DNA of 64,000 nucleotides, taken from Chrysomallon squamiferum. Lineage: Eukaryota; Animalia; Mollusca. The translations under genes and the position numbers were made by a program. How positions within the stretch are numbered: the first letter of the stretch is position 1; the number at the start of each line of letters is the position of its first letter. The stretch is taken from contig CM022672.1 of the NCBI GenBank assembly GCA_012295275.1, positions 34,348,001 to 34,412,000 of the forward strand, given 5' to 3'. Shown in pieces: positions 39,670 to 61,190 of the stretch. The notes beneath the pieces are model-generated. The model did no database searches. It was not told where the DNA came from and saw only the letters and a program-made list of their open reading frames with translations.

Positions 39670-40013
39670 TGTCTGTGTGTGTGTGTGTGCGTGCACATTA
39701 AGGAATCCTCCAGTCTAACATTACAAACGAAAATTGTGTTTAATGTATGTGTTTAATGTTGGTGTGAGTGTGTGCATTTGTATGTGTTTATTTGTTTATT
39801 GTTCAGTTTTAAAACGTTTCTCTATTTGAGATGTGTGAGTCGTGCAGAGTGCTAAACTCTCTCTGTCTGTCTCTCTGTCTGTCTGTCTGTCTGTCTGTGT
39901 ATGATGTGTATGTATGTGTGTATGTGTGTGTATCTGTGTGTGTGTGTTTATTTGTTTATTGTTTAGTGTTAAAACGTTTCTCTATTTGAGGTGTGTCAGT
40001 CGTGCAGAATGCT

Positions 40014-40082
<69 letters not shown>

Positions 40083-40110
40083 TTTCTCTCTCTCTGTCTC
40101 TCTCTGTCTC

Positions 40111-40158
<48 letters not shown>

Positions 40159-40292
40159 TCTCTCTCTGTGTGTCTGTCTGTCTGTATCTGTGTGTGTATG
40201 TATGTGTGTGTGTGTGTTTATGTCTGTATGTGTGTATGTATCTGTGTGTTTATTTGTTTATTGTTCAGTTTTAAAACGTTTCTCTATTTGAG

Positions 40293-40488
40293 ATGTGTCA
40301 GTCGTGCAGAGTGCTACACAAAATGGTGGAAGACGACTTCCAAAGACGACTTCTGTTTAAAACTCACGTCTATGGGGGACGGACCCAGTGGTAACAACAC
40401 TCACTGTGAGTACTGTTGCCTTGGAGACGAGTGCAACAAAGAACTGTTTCCGCCTTACAATACTCTTTTTGATCCCAGAAGGGCTTGA
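40293..40488 (+). pseudogene. Orphan copy of gene C terminal exon
   Basis: 196-nt exon CVSRAECYTKWWKTTSKDDFC...CCLGDECNKELFPPYNTLFDPRRA*; preceded by two truncated acceptor copies (~39820, ~39980). Confidence 0.8.
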
Positions 40489-40771
40489 ACGATTCATTCT
40501 ACAAAGTATTTATAAATTAAACAGCTGCTCTGTGTTTTATTAAACGCTTGTCTTCTTGTTACTGTTTTACGCCTTTGATCAAACATGATGTATATTTATG
40601 AAGAGTGTTATGCTCGCTGTCTATCAACAATATTTTAAAATACCAGCTCAAGATTTATCTAGATTTTTGGATCTGTGAGCACATTTATTTTGGAGAATAG
40701 ATAAAGAAGGAATAATTTCACTTCAGGATTATGTGTGTAGGTATGTGTGTCTGGTTTTTGTGTGTGTATCT

Positions 40772-41015
40772 CTGTGTATCTGTATATACCTGTGAATGTA
40801 TGTGTGTATCTGTATATACCTGTGAATGTATGTGTGTATCTGTGTATACCTGTGAATGTATGTGTGTATCTGTATATACCTGTGAATGTATGTGTGTATC
40901 TGTATATACCTGTGAATGTATGTGTGTATCTGTATATACCTGTGAATGTATGTGTGTATCTGTATATACCTGTGAATGTATGTGTGTATCTGTATGTACC
41001 TGTGAATGTATGTGT
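40772..41015. repeat. 30-bp minisatellite, ~8 copies
   Basis: Unit tgtgtgtatctgtatatacctgtgaatgta. Confidence 0.9.
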
Positions 41016-41610
41016 GTGTACGTATACGTCTGTATCAGAGTTCTGTGTGTGAGTGAGTATGTGTGTGTAATCTGGTAATTAACTACAGAGATAAAGACAG
41101 AGGAAGCTAACTAAATCTTCCAGTCAAAGTACAACTGAATCAGTCACAGACTTTGATAACGAATGTTAACAAAAACTAATGCCATATACATCATAGAGCT
41201 GAAATTAAAGAAGATTCACTCTTTTATTTTAAGCCCTAAGCAATAGCTTCATTAGAATTTACATAAATCTGATGTTTATTTCAAATTAGGATCAAACAGA
41301 AAACATTTGTTTAGACAGCGAATTACACACCAATGGTCATTGACAAAGCCAGTTGCGAGACAGTGGTTGGAATTGGAAATGATATTATGTAACTTATATG
41401 GTTTACTTGGTTGTGTTATATTAAGTTTCTAAGAAATTTGCTTTAAAAGAAAAGAAAGAATTAATCCGATGACAGATGAATTGAATTTCGAAGACAAAAC
41501 CGAAAAATAAAGAAGCCATGTTATACATAGAACTGAAAGTTTTAACTCATTTATTCAACATGAGAATAAAAAAACACTTTTAATATACATACATACATAC
41601 ATGCATACAC

Positions 41611-41734
<124 letters not shown>

Positions 41735-41854
41735 TAAAAGAAAAACAATTCTTTAAACTTATATATATATAAATAATATAACAGTTTACATTGATAGTCC
41801 GTTTTAGTCGTCTTCTACCTGTCTACCACACTGTTTCTTTCATCACTAATATAT

Positions 41855-41976
<122 letters not shown>

Positions 41977-42002
41977 CAATTTTTTTGTTGATCCTTAAAT
42001 CT

Positions 42003-42052
<50 letters not shown>

Positions 42053-42400
42053 ATATATATATATATCAGTCCAAAAATAAATTTTCCCTGGACTGCTGGT
42101 CTATTTTAAATATTGGTTTGTAATGCAATTTTTATAATAATTACTCTCGGCTTTTCAATCTTGTATTATGAAAGTAAATATTATGAAAGTAATTATTTAA
42201 TACTGCAATGGAATAATTTATGAATTATCCATTGAAACGATTTGGCATGATCATTTTATTTTAAGGTAATTACAAACACACGCACACACGCACACACACA
42301 CACATATTGTCTAAATAAATATTTAAATCTGAGTATGTACATATTTCATTTGACACTTTCTACGTGCGTAAAAACATCTACACTTGATGAGTTATTAAAC

Positions 42401-42513
<113 letters not shown>

Positions 42514-43702
42514 TCTAAATCTGGTGAGCTTAGTTGTGAATTGTATTGAAGAATGCTTACACATACAGTTTGTCATCTAACATTTTCAGCAATGTAATTT
42601 TTTCGGGTGTGGGGCTAATTAAACTTTGGTTCCTCCATTACTACTTTCCTTTCTGTCGTTGTTGTTGTCGTTGTTGTTGGTGTTGTTAGTCTGTTGCTCT
42701 AGTTCTTATGTAATAATCAAGAAATATATTATTATATATATATTTTTTTTGTCCTTCTTTAGACAAAACAATAAACAATGATTATATTTTAGAATTTGTT
42801 ATTAACACATTTATTTCTTTTTTCTTTGGTTTACTGTAACATAAAATCAAAAAATAAATATGGTCGTGTTTCTATAGAAACAAAGATAACTGATGACGTA
42901 GTTACATACAGAATGCTCGACAATAATGATTTATCTCAAACGTTATTTCAGTCTTCTGTCAAGGTAAGATTGCTTTTCAAATCGTTTGATTTTTGTTTTC
43001 TTTTTTGTAGCAGAGTTTTTAAGAAACACATATACATAAATATATATGTACATATATACATGCATGCATATATGTCTGTACGTATGTAATAGAATTCGTA
43101 CATACATGCATAGAGAGAAACATAGCGCAATTATTCGCAAAGACAAATTCCAGTGTCATCGATGTGACCTTCAGTCTTATGCATTATTAACATTGGGAAT
43201 AATTGTAAGTAAACAGAAAAACAGCATCTTGACTTTTGAAAATCTATTTAGTCTGTCACTTGATCTTCTTCCTAGAATTTTATTTGCATGGAGATAGCTG
43301 TTATTATTATTTTTTATGAAACAATAGAGTTCCGTTTTGTTCAGCATTTTGTGTTAATTAAGGAAATAGTTAATACAACTGAACATTTCAAGAGTTTGTA
43401 CGAATCGTTCTATAAAATTGTTTTCGTTTTAACTGGAAAACAATCGTAAATTATTATGCTCTTTTTGTTGCGTTTAATATGCTTATTCATATACATACAT
43501 ACATACGTACATACATATATATATATATATAGATTTAAAAGTTGTGTTTATCAATATGTTTATAACTGCATTATATGTAATATATCTGCTTCAAAGAAAT
43601 TATTTTATTATGATTAATAAATTAAATGGGAAAGAAAATATGATTCCTTAAGTTTTTATTAACTTCCCGTCTGTAATTATAATTATGATCTACACACACA
43701 CT

Positions 43703-43823
<121 letters not shown>

Positions 43824-44810
43824 TAAAATTTAGTCAGTCTCAGATTGTTTAGAAGATGTTTGTCATCGTCGACGTGGTTGTCATCATCATCAACGTTGTC
43901 ACCAAAATAAAATTTCTTCTTATCTGCGTTAGTTGTGGTTACATTTTTTTTTTTTTTTTTTTTTCACGGTATTTCTGTCTGCTGTTAGATAAAGCTAAAA
44001 TGGAATGAAGACAAGGTCATGTTTTTTTGGAAACAGAAAGAAAAAAATGGATGACGTAGATAATACTAAAGTAGCAGGAGAAAAGAGGGTCATGTTTCTA
44101 TAGAAACAGAAAAAATGGATGACGTAGATAATTGCAAAGTATAAACTGTTTTTTACCTCAAACACAGTTTGCATTTTTATCTACGTAAGACTGTTTTTGA
44201 AATTATTTAATGTTATTTAACTTATTCTTTTGGAAGTATATATATGTAGTATATTTTCAGATCGTAACATACACACGCTATGTATGTTTGTGTGCGTTTG
44301 TGTTATGTGTGTACGTGCGTGTGTGTGTACACAGTTACATATTCTAGTGGTAAAACGTAGTGATGTGCACAGTTTATAAGTTTTCAAAACAATGATGCAT
44401 TCTTATTCACAGGAATGTTTTTGACACTTTATCATTTTCTTTTCTGTTGTGGTTGTTGTTATTATTATTACTAGCAGTGAAAGTATTAGTATTAGTATTG
44501 TCATTAGTAGTTGTTATACCACCTTTATTAGTCATAGGAGTAGTAATACTTTACGTTATTTAAAACTGTCAGCGAAGAAGAAAGAAAAAGATGAATTTCC
44601 AAGACTTGGAGTCGTTAACAATATAAATGTGTTTTGTTTTTCTTGTTCAGTAAATCTTTCACACAAATAAAAGGTTATATTTTCTTCTTACACTGGATTT
44701 TGTAATCAAACAAGTTCATTGTCTCCGGTATACTTTGTAGAGATAGTAAATGACTATTTGCCATTTATATGTAAGTGGAAGGAAGGACAAAAAGAAGAGA
44801 GGGAGGGAGG

Positions 44811-45065
<255 letters not shown>

Positions 45066-45654
45066 ATTTACAAGTTTTTTTGTTCATCCTTAAATCTAAG
45101 GTCCATATATATATATATCAGTCCAAAAATAAATTTTCCCTGGACTGCTGCTCTATTTTAAATATTTGTTTGTAATGCAGTTTTTATAATTATTATCCTC
45201 GGCTTTTCAGTCTTGTATTATGAAAGTAAATATTTAATACTGCAATGGAATAATTTATGAATTATCCATTGATACGATTTGGCATGATCATTTTCTTTCC
45301 AGTTATAAAGCTAATTACACACACACACACACGCACACACACACACACACAGACATACACACACACACACACACACAGACACACACACACAGACACACAC
45401 ACGCAGACACACGCACACACACGAACACACACACACACAGACACACACACACATACACACACACACATACACACATACACACAGACACAGACACAGACAC
45501 ACGCACACATACATACACACGCACACACACACACATATTGTCTAAATAAATATTTAAATCTGAGTATGTACATGTTTCATTTGACACTTTCTACGTGCGT
45601 AAAAACATCTACACTGTATGAGTTATTAAACTATTATTATTATTATTATTATTA

Positions 45655-45749
<95 letters not shown>

Positions 45750-46023
45750 GTTATTATTATTGTTATTATTATTATTATTATTTTGGAAACTTTTAGCTTA
45801 GTTGTGAATTGTACTGAAGAATGCTTACACATAAAGTTTGTCATCTAACATTTTCAGCAATGTAATTTTTTGGTGGGTGGGGCTAATAAAACTTTGGTTC
45901 CTCCATTTCTACTTTTCTTTGTGTCGTTGTTGTTGGTGTTGTTAGTCTGCTACTCTAGTTCTTATGTTATAAGCAAGAAATTTATAAAAAAAATTCATAT
46001 CTATTTTTTTTTATTTTTTTATT

Positions 46024-46055
<32 letters not shown>

Positions 46056-46618
46056 TTTTGTCCTTCTTTAGACTAAAAAAAACACCAATGATTATATTTT
46101 AGAATTTGTTATTAACACATTTTGTTGTTGTTTTACTGTAACATAAAATCAAAAATAAATATGGTCGTGTTTCTATAGAAACAAAGATAACTGGTGACGT
46201 ATTTACATACAGAATGCTCGACAGTGATGATTTAGCTCAAACGTTATTTCAGGCTTCTGTCAAGGTAAGATTGCTTTGCAAATCGTTTGATTTTTGTTTT
46301 CTTTTTTGTAGCAGAGATTTTAAGAAACACATATACATAAATATATATGTACATATATATATATACATGCATGCATGCATATATGTCTGTACGTATGTAA
46401 TAGAATTCGTACATACATACATACATACATACATTATATATTTAAAAGTTCAGTGTATCAATATGTTTATAACTGCACATTATATGTAATATATCTGCTT
46501 CAAAGAAATTATTTTATAATGATTAATAAATTAAATGGGAAGGAAAATATGATTCTTTAAATTTTATCAGTTTTGTTGGCTTCACGTCTGTAATTATAAT
46601 TATCATCTACTCACACAA

Positions 46619-46709
<91 letters not shown>

Positions 46710-47345
46710 AAAATTTAAAAAGTCTCAGATTGTTTAGAAGATGTTTGTCATCGTCGTGGCTGTCAGCAAAATAAAATTTCTTCTTATCTGAGTTAATTGT
46801 GGAGCAATTTTTTAATTTTTAAATAATTCTTTCTCGCGCTGAAATGTTATAGTTTTTCTCACCTAAGATTTGTAATCAGTACACAATCAGTTCACTGACT
46901 CGATATACATAATGACAGCACATAATGTCGGGCGACTGTTTTGCTATTTAAACTGTTAGCCACTCCTTGTATTGTAATTTATCTTTAACTTTATTCTTCT
47001 GGGACTATTTCAAATAAAATAAGCTATTACTCCTACTGTGATTAATATTTACTGTTTATGATAATACTAATACTACTACTTGTGATAATAATAACAACAA
47101 CAACAACAATAAAGGTTTAAAAACATTCGTAATGACAATGTTATACCGAGTCAGTGAACATATTTTGTACTGATTAGAAAATCCAATGTGAAGAAAAAAA
47201 TATAACCTTTCATCTGCGTGAAAGATTTACTGAAAAAAAAAATGAAAAACAAAAGTGAAATTTTAAAATACATATTTATAAAAGAAATTCACATTTTTAC
47301 CATCGCTTTATGGTCATCATTGGATCTAATTTTCTTTGATATCAT

Positions 47346-47396
<51 letters not shown>

Positions 47397-47510
47397 TTAT
47401 ATCTGATATATTTGTCTCTCTTTCTCTCTTTCCGTCCATCTGTCTGTATCTTTCAATCTGTATATCAGAGTCTGCGTCCATTTTTCCGTCTCTCAGTGAG
47501 TTTATCTATT

Positions 47511-47541
<31 letters not shown>

Positions 47542-47564
47542 TTTGTTTGTTTGTTTATTTGTTT

Positions 47565-47595
<31 letters not shown>

Positions 47596-47621
47596 TTTAT
47601 TTATTTGTTTGTTTGTTTTAG

Positions 47622-47960
47622 ATGACTCGCAGAATATTCTTGCTCTTCGCACTGATCACCATGGTGACGCTGGTAAAGGGGAACAACAATTACTCCTGGC
47701 AGAAGACGAACAAAAATAACGAACCGGGACAGCCTCGACTTGGTTTCGTTCACCACTTCTTAGGCCGACACAGCATGGCGAACAAGGGACGCAACTCCAA
47801 GGTAAAGGCACGCGACTTTGAAACGGGTGTTTTAAAACGAAGATCTGATTCGCCTGTTTTCGGGATGCGTATTTTCCGGAGATTTGCGTCTTTCGGCAGC
47901 AAACTGTACCCGCCTCAGAGCGGAATGGAACACAGATATAATCTGCTTCGCTTCAGCTGA
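47622..47960 (+). CDS. NKY: NKY-1-like neuropeptide precursor, copy 3 (112 aa)
   Basis: Nearly identical to copy 2, with an in-frame 9-nt deletion (GGG) and a K>N change. Confidence 0.75.
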   Translation: MTRRIFLLFALITMVTLVKGNNNYSWQKTNKNNEPGQPRLGFVHHFLGRHSMANKGRNSKVKARDFETGVLKRRSDSPVFGMRIFRRFASFGSKLYPPQSGMEHRYNLLRFS

Positions 47961-48560
47961 AGTGTGTAATTATCTCCCTTCCTTGAAGCCCACGTCAATG
48001 ATCAAAATTATTGTAAAAAAAAAAACTGACAAAATTTAACACAGATGACGTTGAAAGCAAAACAAACTTTTCTGACAAGATCAGTGAATGTCGAAGAACA
48101 TCATCTACGTTTTCATAAATATCTCGAAATAGTTATATATTTCTTTTTTCTTTCTTTCTTTTATTTATTTGTTTATTTATTTATTTATTTATTCTCAAAT
48201 TCTGTAAATTAACATACACACACCTATTTACTTTTTTAGTGTACTTGTGCGTTTTTTTTTTCTTTACATAAAATGAGGTAATTTCCTTTGTGCAAAGAAA
48301 AAATCCTAAGACTTGGTTTGTGTGTAAAAACGCTGTACATTAAGTCGTCTTTATTTTTAAATGTTTCTCTGTAAATAAATATTCTGTGAACTTTTAACTC
48401 TTAGTGTCAGTGCACGTTCTTCTCATAACAAGTGTCTTTTTCATTTCCTTTTAAAAATTAAATTATTATTATTTTGTTGTTGTTCTTGTTTTATATTGCT
48501 TTGTTGATGTTCTTGCTGTTGTTACAATATATTTATATTTATTATGAATGTTTATCCTTT

Positions 48561-48669
<109 letters not shown>

Positions 48670-49226
48670 CCAGAACATTAGACGATTAAAAACAGCAACT
48701 TTACTATACAGAATTTTTTAGCATACGTTTCAACAACACATTATTTGATGGTCGTACGGTAACGTTGTCCGCCTTCGGAGTGCAGGCGAATGGGTGTCAT
48801 ATGTTCGAGTCTCGTCAGCGGCTTCTGACAGGTTTGTGAGGTTGTGATTGGACTTTGTCCTCCTGAGCCAGTGCGTTCCCGAATATTGTCTATGTGCAGA
48901 GTATAATCAGATGTATAAAAGACAGAGAATATTCAAAATCCTAAAATATATAACTATATACATCCACACATGTGTATGTACGTACTTACTTACATACACA
49001 TATACACAACACACAAATACATAATTCAATAAGTGAGTAATTAAGTAAATAACTAAGTAAGAGTTTATGTATGTAAATAAATAAAGAGGTTTCACGTCAT
49101 TGTATTGTTATTTGAACAACATGGCTCGTGTACGTTCTGTGTGTGTGTGCACATTAAGGAATCCCGCAATCTAACATTACAAACGAAAATTGTGTTTTAT
49201 GTGTGTCTGTGTGTGTGTGTGTGTGT

Positions 49227-49278
<52 letters not shown>

Positions 49279-49367
49279 CCTGCAATCTAACATTGAAAAT
49301 TGTGTTTTAATGTGTGTCTGTGTCTGTGTGTGTGTGTGACTGTGTGTGTGTCTGTGTGTGTGTGTGT

Positions 49368-49447
<80 letters not shown>

Positions 49448-49449
49448 GT

Positions 49450-49592
<143 letters not shown>

Positions 49593-49655
49593 TGTGTGTG
49601 TGTCTTTGTGTGTGTCTGTGTGTGTGTGTGTCTGTGTGTGTGTCTGTGTGTGTGT

Positions 49656-49693
<38 letters not shown>

Positions 49694-49733
49694 CTGTGTG
49701 TGTGTGTGTGGCTGTGTGTGTGTGTGTCGGTGT

Positions 49734-49825
<92 letters not shown>

Positions 49826-51402
49826 CTGTGTGCGTGTGTGTTTGTGTGTGTGTGTGTGTGTCTGTGTGTGTGTGTGTTTGTGTGTGTGCGTGTGTGTGTC
49901 TGTGTGTGTGTACGTGCGTAGGATGTGCTTCCTTGTTGAATGTGTGGGGGCTATTTAACATACAATAACAGTATTGACGAAACAGAGGTAAATAACAACA
50001 AAGTTTTATTTTTATGTTTTTATTTTTAATTTTTTAATATAATGAAAAACATTTGTCACAAGAAATGAAAACCTTTTTTTACTCTATTTTGTTAGTATAT
50101 ACTGCTGTTGTTTTTAGATAAATGAAATGTGTTTTAGGATTTTTGTTTTTTAACTGATGTTAAACTGTTGTTTTTCTTTGCGCGCGCTGACACACATACA
50201 CACACACACACACACACACAGACACACACACAAACATGAATATATTGTTTTAATTGTTAAATTTTAGACAGATCTCTACATAAAACTTTAAATTACACTT
50301 TTTATTTATTTAAAAGAAAAAAAAAAACGTTATTCATTTATTTTTGCTGTATTCTTAATGTACTTGATATTCCCCCTGAGAATTTCGCAAAAACAATTTC
50401 TGTTTCTTTTTTTTAAAATGATAATGTATACTATATCCACACATAAATTTAACTGTAATTATCTAGAAAGAAATAGTGCGGTTTAGTTCAGATAAAACTT
50501 TCCAGTGCAACAACATCACGTAAACTAGTAGCAGATGACTACATCGGACTATCAAAGTAAACAGCTATTCAAAAATATTTTAAAAAAAGCTTAGAATTAA
50601 CTCTTTCCTTTTTTTCATACAAAATAGATTGATATAACAGGAATTGCATAAATGCATAAAATACATTGGCATATGCGAAGTTCTTTGTGCATAGCAAGTC
50701 AAATTACTTTCACAAAACGCGAAATGTAGACAAAACGGAGAAAATGTGCAACTCTCTACATATACGGCGATTTCTAGCTATAGTCAAGAAGTTCAAGAAG
50801 TAGTTTCTTTTCGTTTCTATTGTTGTTGTTTTTTTTACTTTGTCCTTTACAAACACACAGATAATGAGACACAAAATTTGAGTAGGTAAATCGGCTCGAG
50901 GTAAAAATATATATTTTTTCTTTTATGTATTTTTTTTAAACAAAGATACAAAATGTGTATTAGAAAAGATGAGCCTACAAGATGCATACATAAACATGAC
51001 CACCGTGGAAGCAAGCAAGAATAACACACACAATGAATTTGAATGTCCAGCTTTGAGATAACTGCAGTATATATATATTCTCTTGTCATTATTCTCTTGT
51101 CGAATAAATAATGTCTTGTTTCTCTACAACCTTGCTTGTTTTACTTTTCCGTTTTTATTCGCAGATCACAAAAGTTAATTCCTCTTTCAACGGATTAATT
51201 CCTTCTTTTACGGCATATTTCTTTAGAAAGATTTTTTTAATTCCCCGTAGTTTTTCATAAAAATTAAACTTGAAGTTAAACAGGAAACTTCATACGTCAT
51301 CCTTATTTTTTATGACCGTTCCTTCAGTTTGTAGTATCACACAGACAGTTGGCAATTTGTTCAGTGATGTTATTTTCGTTTTTTTTTTTTTTTTTTTTTA
51401 AT

Positions 51403-58758
<7,356 letters not shown>

Positions 58759-59338
58759 CTGAAAGAAAGACATAAAAGTTGGATTTAAATAAACGAAATA
58801 AAAAATGAAATGTTTTTTTTTTATTTTTTTATTTTTTTTTAGAGTTACTAACATTTCTGATCTTTATTTTCCTTTCGTTTTTTCTTTGCTTTGATTATTT
58901 TCTTGTTTTTTTGTTTTTTATTATTTATTTATTTATTTATTTGTTGTATTATTGTTATTTTTTATTCCGTTAGGGTTTTTGCTTTTTATTATGTATTTAT
59001 GTCTCACGCGCCTTTGGGTGTTTATGCGGTGATAAAAATAAAATAAAATAAAGCAGTTTATGACGTTTTTTCATGTTTAGGATTCTTTATTTTTATTTTT
59101 ATTGCATTTTTTTTTTTATTTCTTTCATTTGTTTTTGAGTTTTGTGGACATTTGTTCTCTTGCTTTGTTCCTGTAATCATTGCACAAGTATTTAGAATTC
59201 GTCACATATCAGCAACTGCTTTCACAGAGTACGTAAAATAAAAAACGTACACATTCACACATAGCTAGAATAGCTTTTGTTTTGTTCTTCTGCTCCGTGA
59301 CAACAAACGGCTAGAAACAAAGATACTCGTCTTGTTTT

Positions 59339-59456
<118 letters not shown>

Positions 59457-59533
59457 ATACATGTGTGTATGCAGGTATATGGGTTTATGTGTGTATGTGT
59501 GTGTTATATCTGACTACTGTGTTTAGATATCTG

Positions 59534-59663
<130 letters not shown>

Positions 59664-60809
59664 CACACATACACATTATATACACACTATATTTTTATTT
59701 CACTTATTTAGTTCTTAAAGTTTTACAGACTTTTTAACGTTAATAATCTTTTTCTAATTTCCTTTTCTTCTGCAATTCTGGTGTAGCTATATATTTACCA
59801 TATCGATAAAGTAATTTTTTTTAAATAAAAATTAAAAGGAAAAAGATAATAACTGAAACTTCATGCTATGTGTTCCAAATATTCTGTCTAATTTGACGGA
59901 TAACATTCCAAAGCATAATTACATTGATATGTGAAGCCAAATTTACTGAAATCATTCATTTGAGCCAGATTAAAAACAATCTTCTTCCTTTTTCTTTTTC
60001 TTTTTTTAAAATTCATATCCTCACTTCGATCGTATATAGTTTTTATTCCAAATTAAACAGAATGAAAAAAACTTTAGATGATTAAATACATTTAGAAGGG
60101 ATAAATTAGAAAATCTGAAATTTTAATTCTTAGCAGGTTCATCTGTTTTCTTTTGACAATTGCACTTTTTTTTTCAGCGCCTTAGTACTAGTAAAGTCTA
60201 TATAACAATAAAACAAATGATTTGTTTTGTACCCTTTGAGCTCTTTACAGTGACAGTATATTAAGAACACGTGGCTGATCCTGTATGGATACTATAATGT
60301 GATACAACTTAAGAAAGTTACAAGTTTGGTGATGTGAATGTAAATGGAGCCAAACCTGAATTTCACTTGGATAAGGTTTAAAAAGTGACTTTTGAGAAGA
60401 TGTTTCTAGAACCTGTTTGAATGTTGTTATAAAGCAAATGCCTAAACAAAGAGGACGTTTTTACTGTGTCACCTATATTAATAATGTAGTATATTCTGAA
60501 CCGTTTCTGAGATTGTTTAAAAACAAAGGCATTGTTATATTTGAAAATTAAAAAATTAAAACCAATTTAAACAAGAAGTTTATTTTCAGATTATGAGGTC
60601 ATGTGACCGTACATTTTTTTTTTGTTTTGAACCGGTTTCAGAAATATAACCTGCTCAAAACCTTCACAGGTTCCGTTTTGAAAACCTCCATCAACAGTCT
60701 AATAACATTATTTTAAGAAATGAAGTGCCTACATAACTTTCGTAAGATTTAAAAAAAAAATATAAAAACATCGATAAACATTTCAACAGAATAAAACGTT
60801 CAGGCGACA

Positions 60810-61190
60810 AACGAAGAGAATGAACACCGCGACAAAGAAGAACGTTCAGACAGGACTCAGGAGGCTCTGGTTGCGGAGAACTGAACTGTTCACAGTGTTC
60901 TGACTCGCGACGAAGAGAATGATCACTGCGCTCACAAACAAGAACGTTCAGACAGGACTCAGGACGTTCTGGTCGCGGAGAACTGGACTGTTCACAGTGT
61001 TCTGACTCGGGAGAGAATCGGCTTCAGAGTTCATGAAGTAAACGCGTCGTTCAGCACAAAACACGATCTGGTGACAGCTCGTTCTTGTAGGCAGAGACGT
61101 TGTGTTGTTGTTGTAAGCTTCACTTCTACTGTCAGTGGGCGAGACGTTGTGTTGTTGTTGTTGTAAGCTTCACTTCTACTGTCAGTCAAA
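60810..61190. repeat. Local tandem duplications (~110 bp x2 and ~50 bp x2) upstream of the EGFL7/8-like gene
   Basis: aagaacgttcagacaggactcagga...ctgttcacagtgttctgactcg occurs twice; gagacgttgtgttgttgttgtaagcttcacttctactgtcagt occurs twice. Confidence 0.8.

Noticed and set aside
59251-59310. Candidate exon PFVVTEQKNKTKAILAMCEC (-)
   Set aside because: Open only in phase 0, while the EMI exon needs a phase-2 donor; that frame contains a stop.
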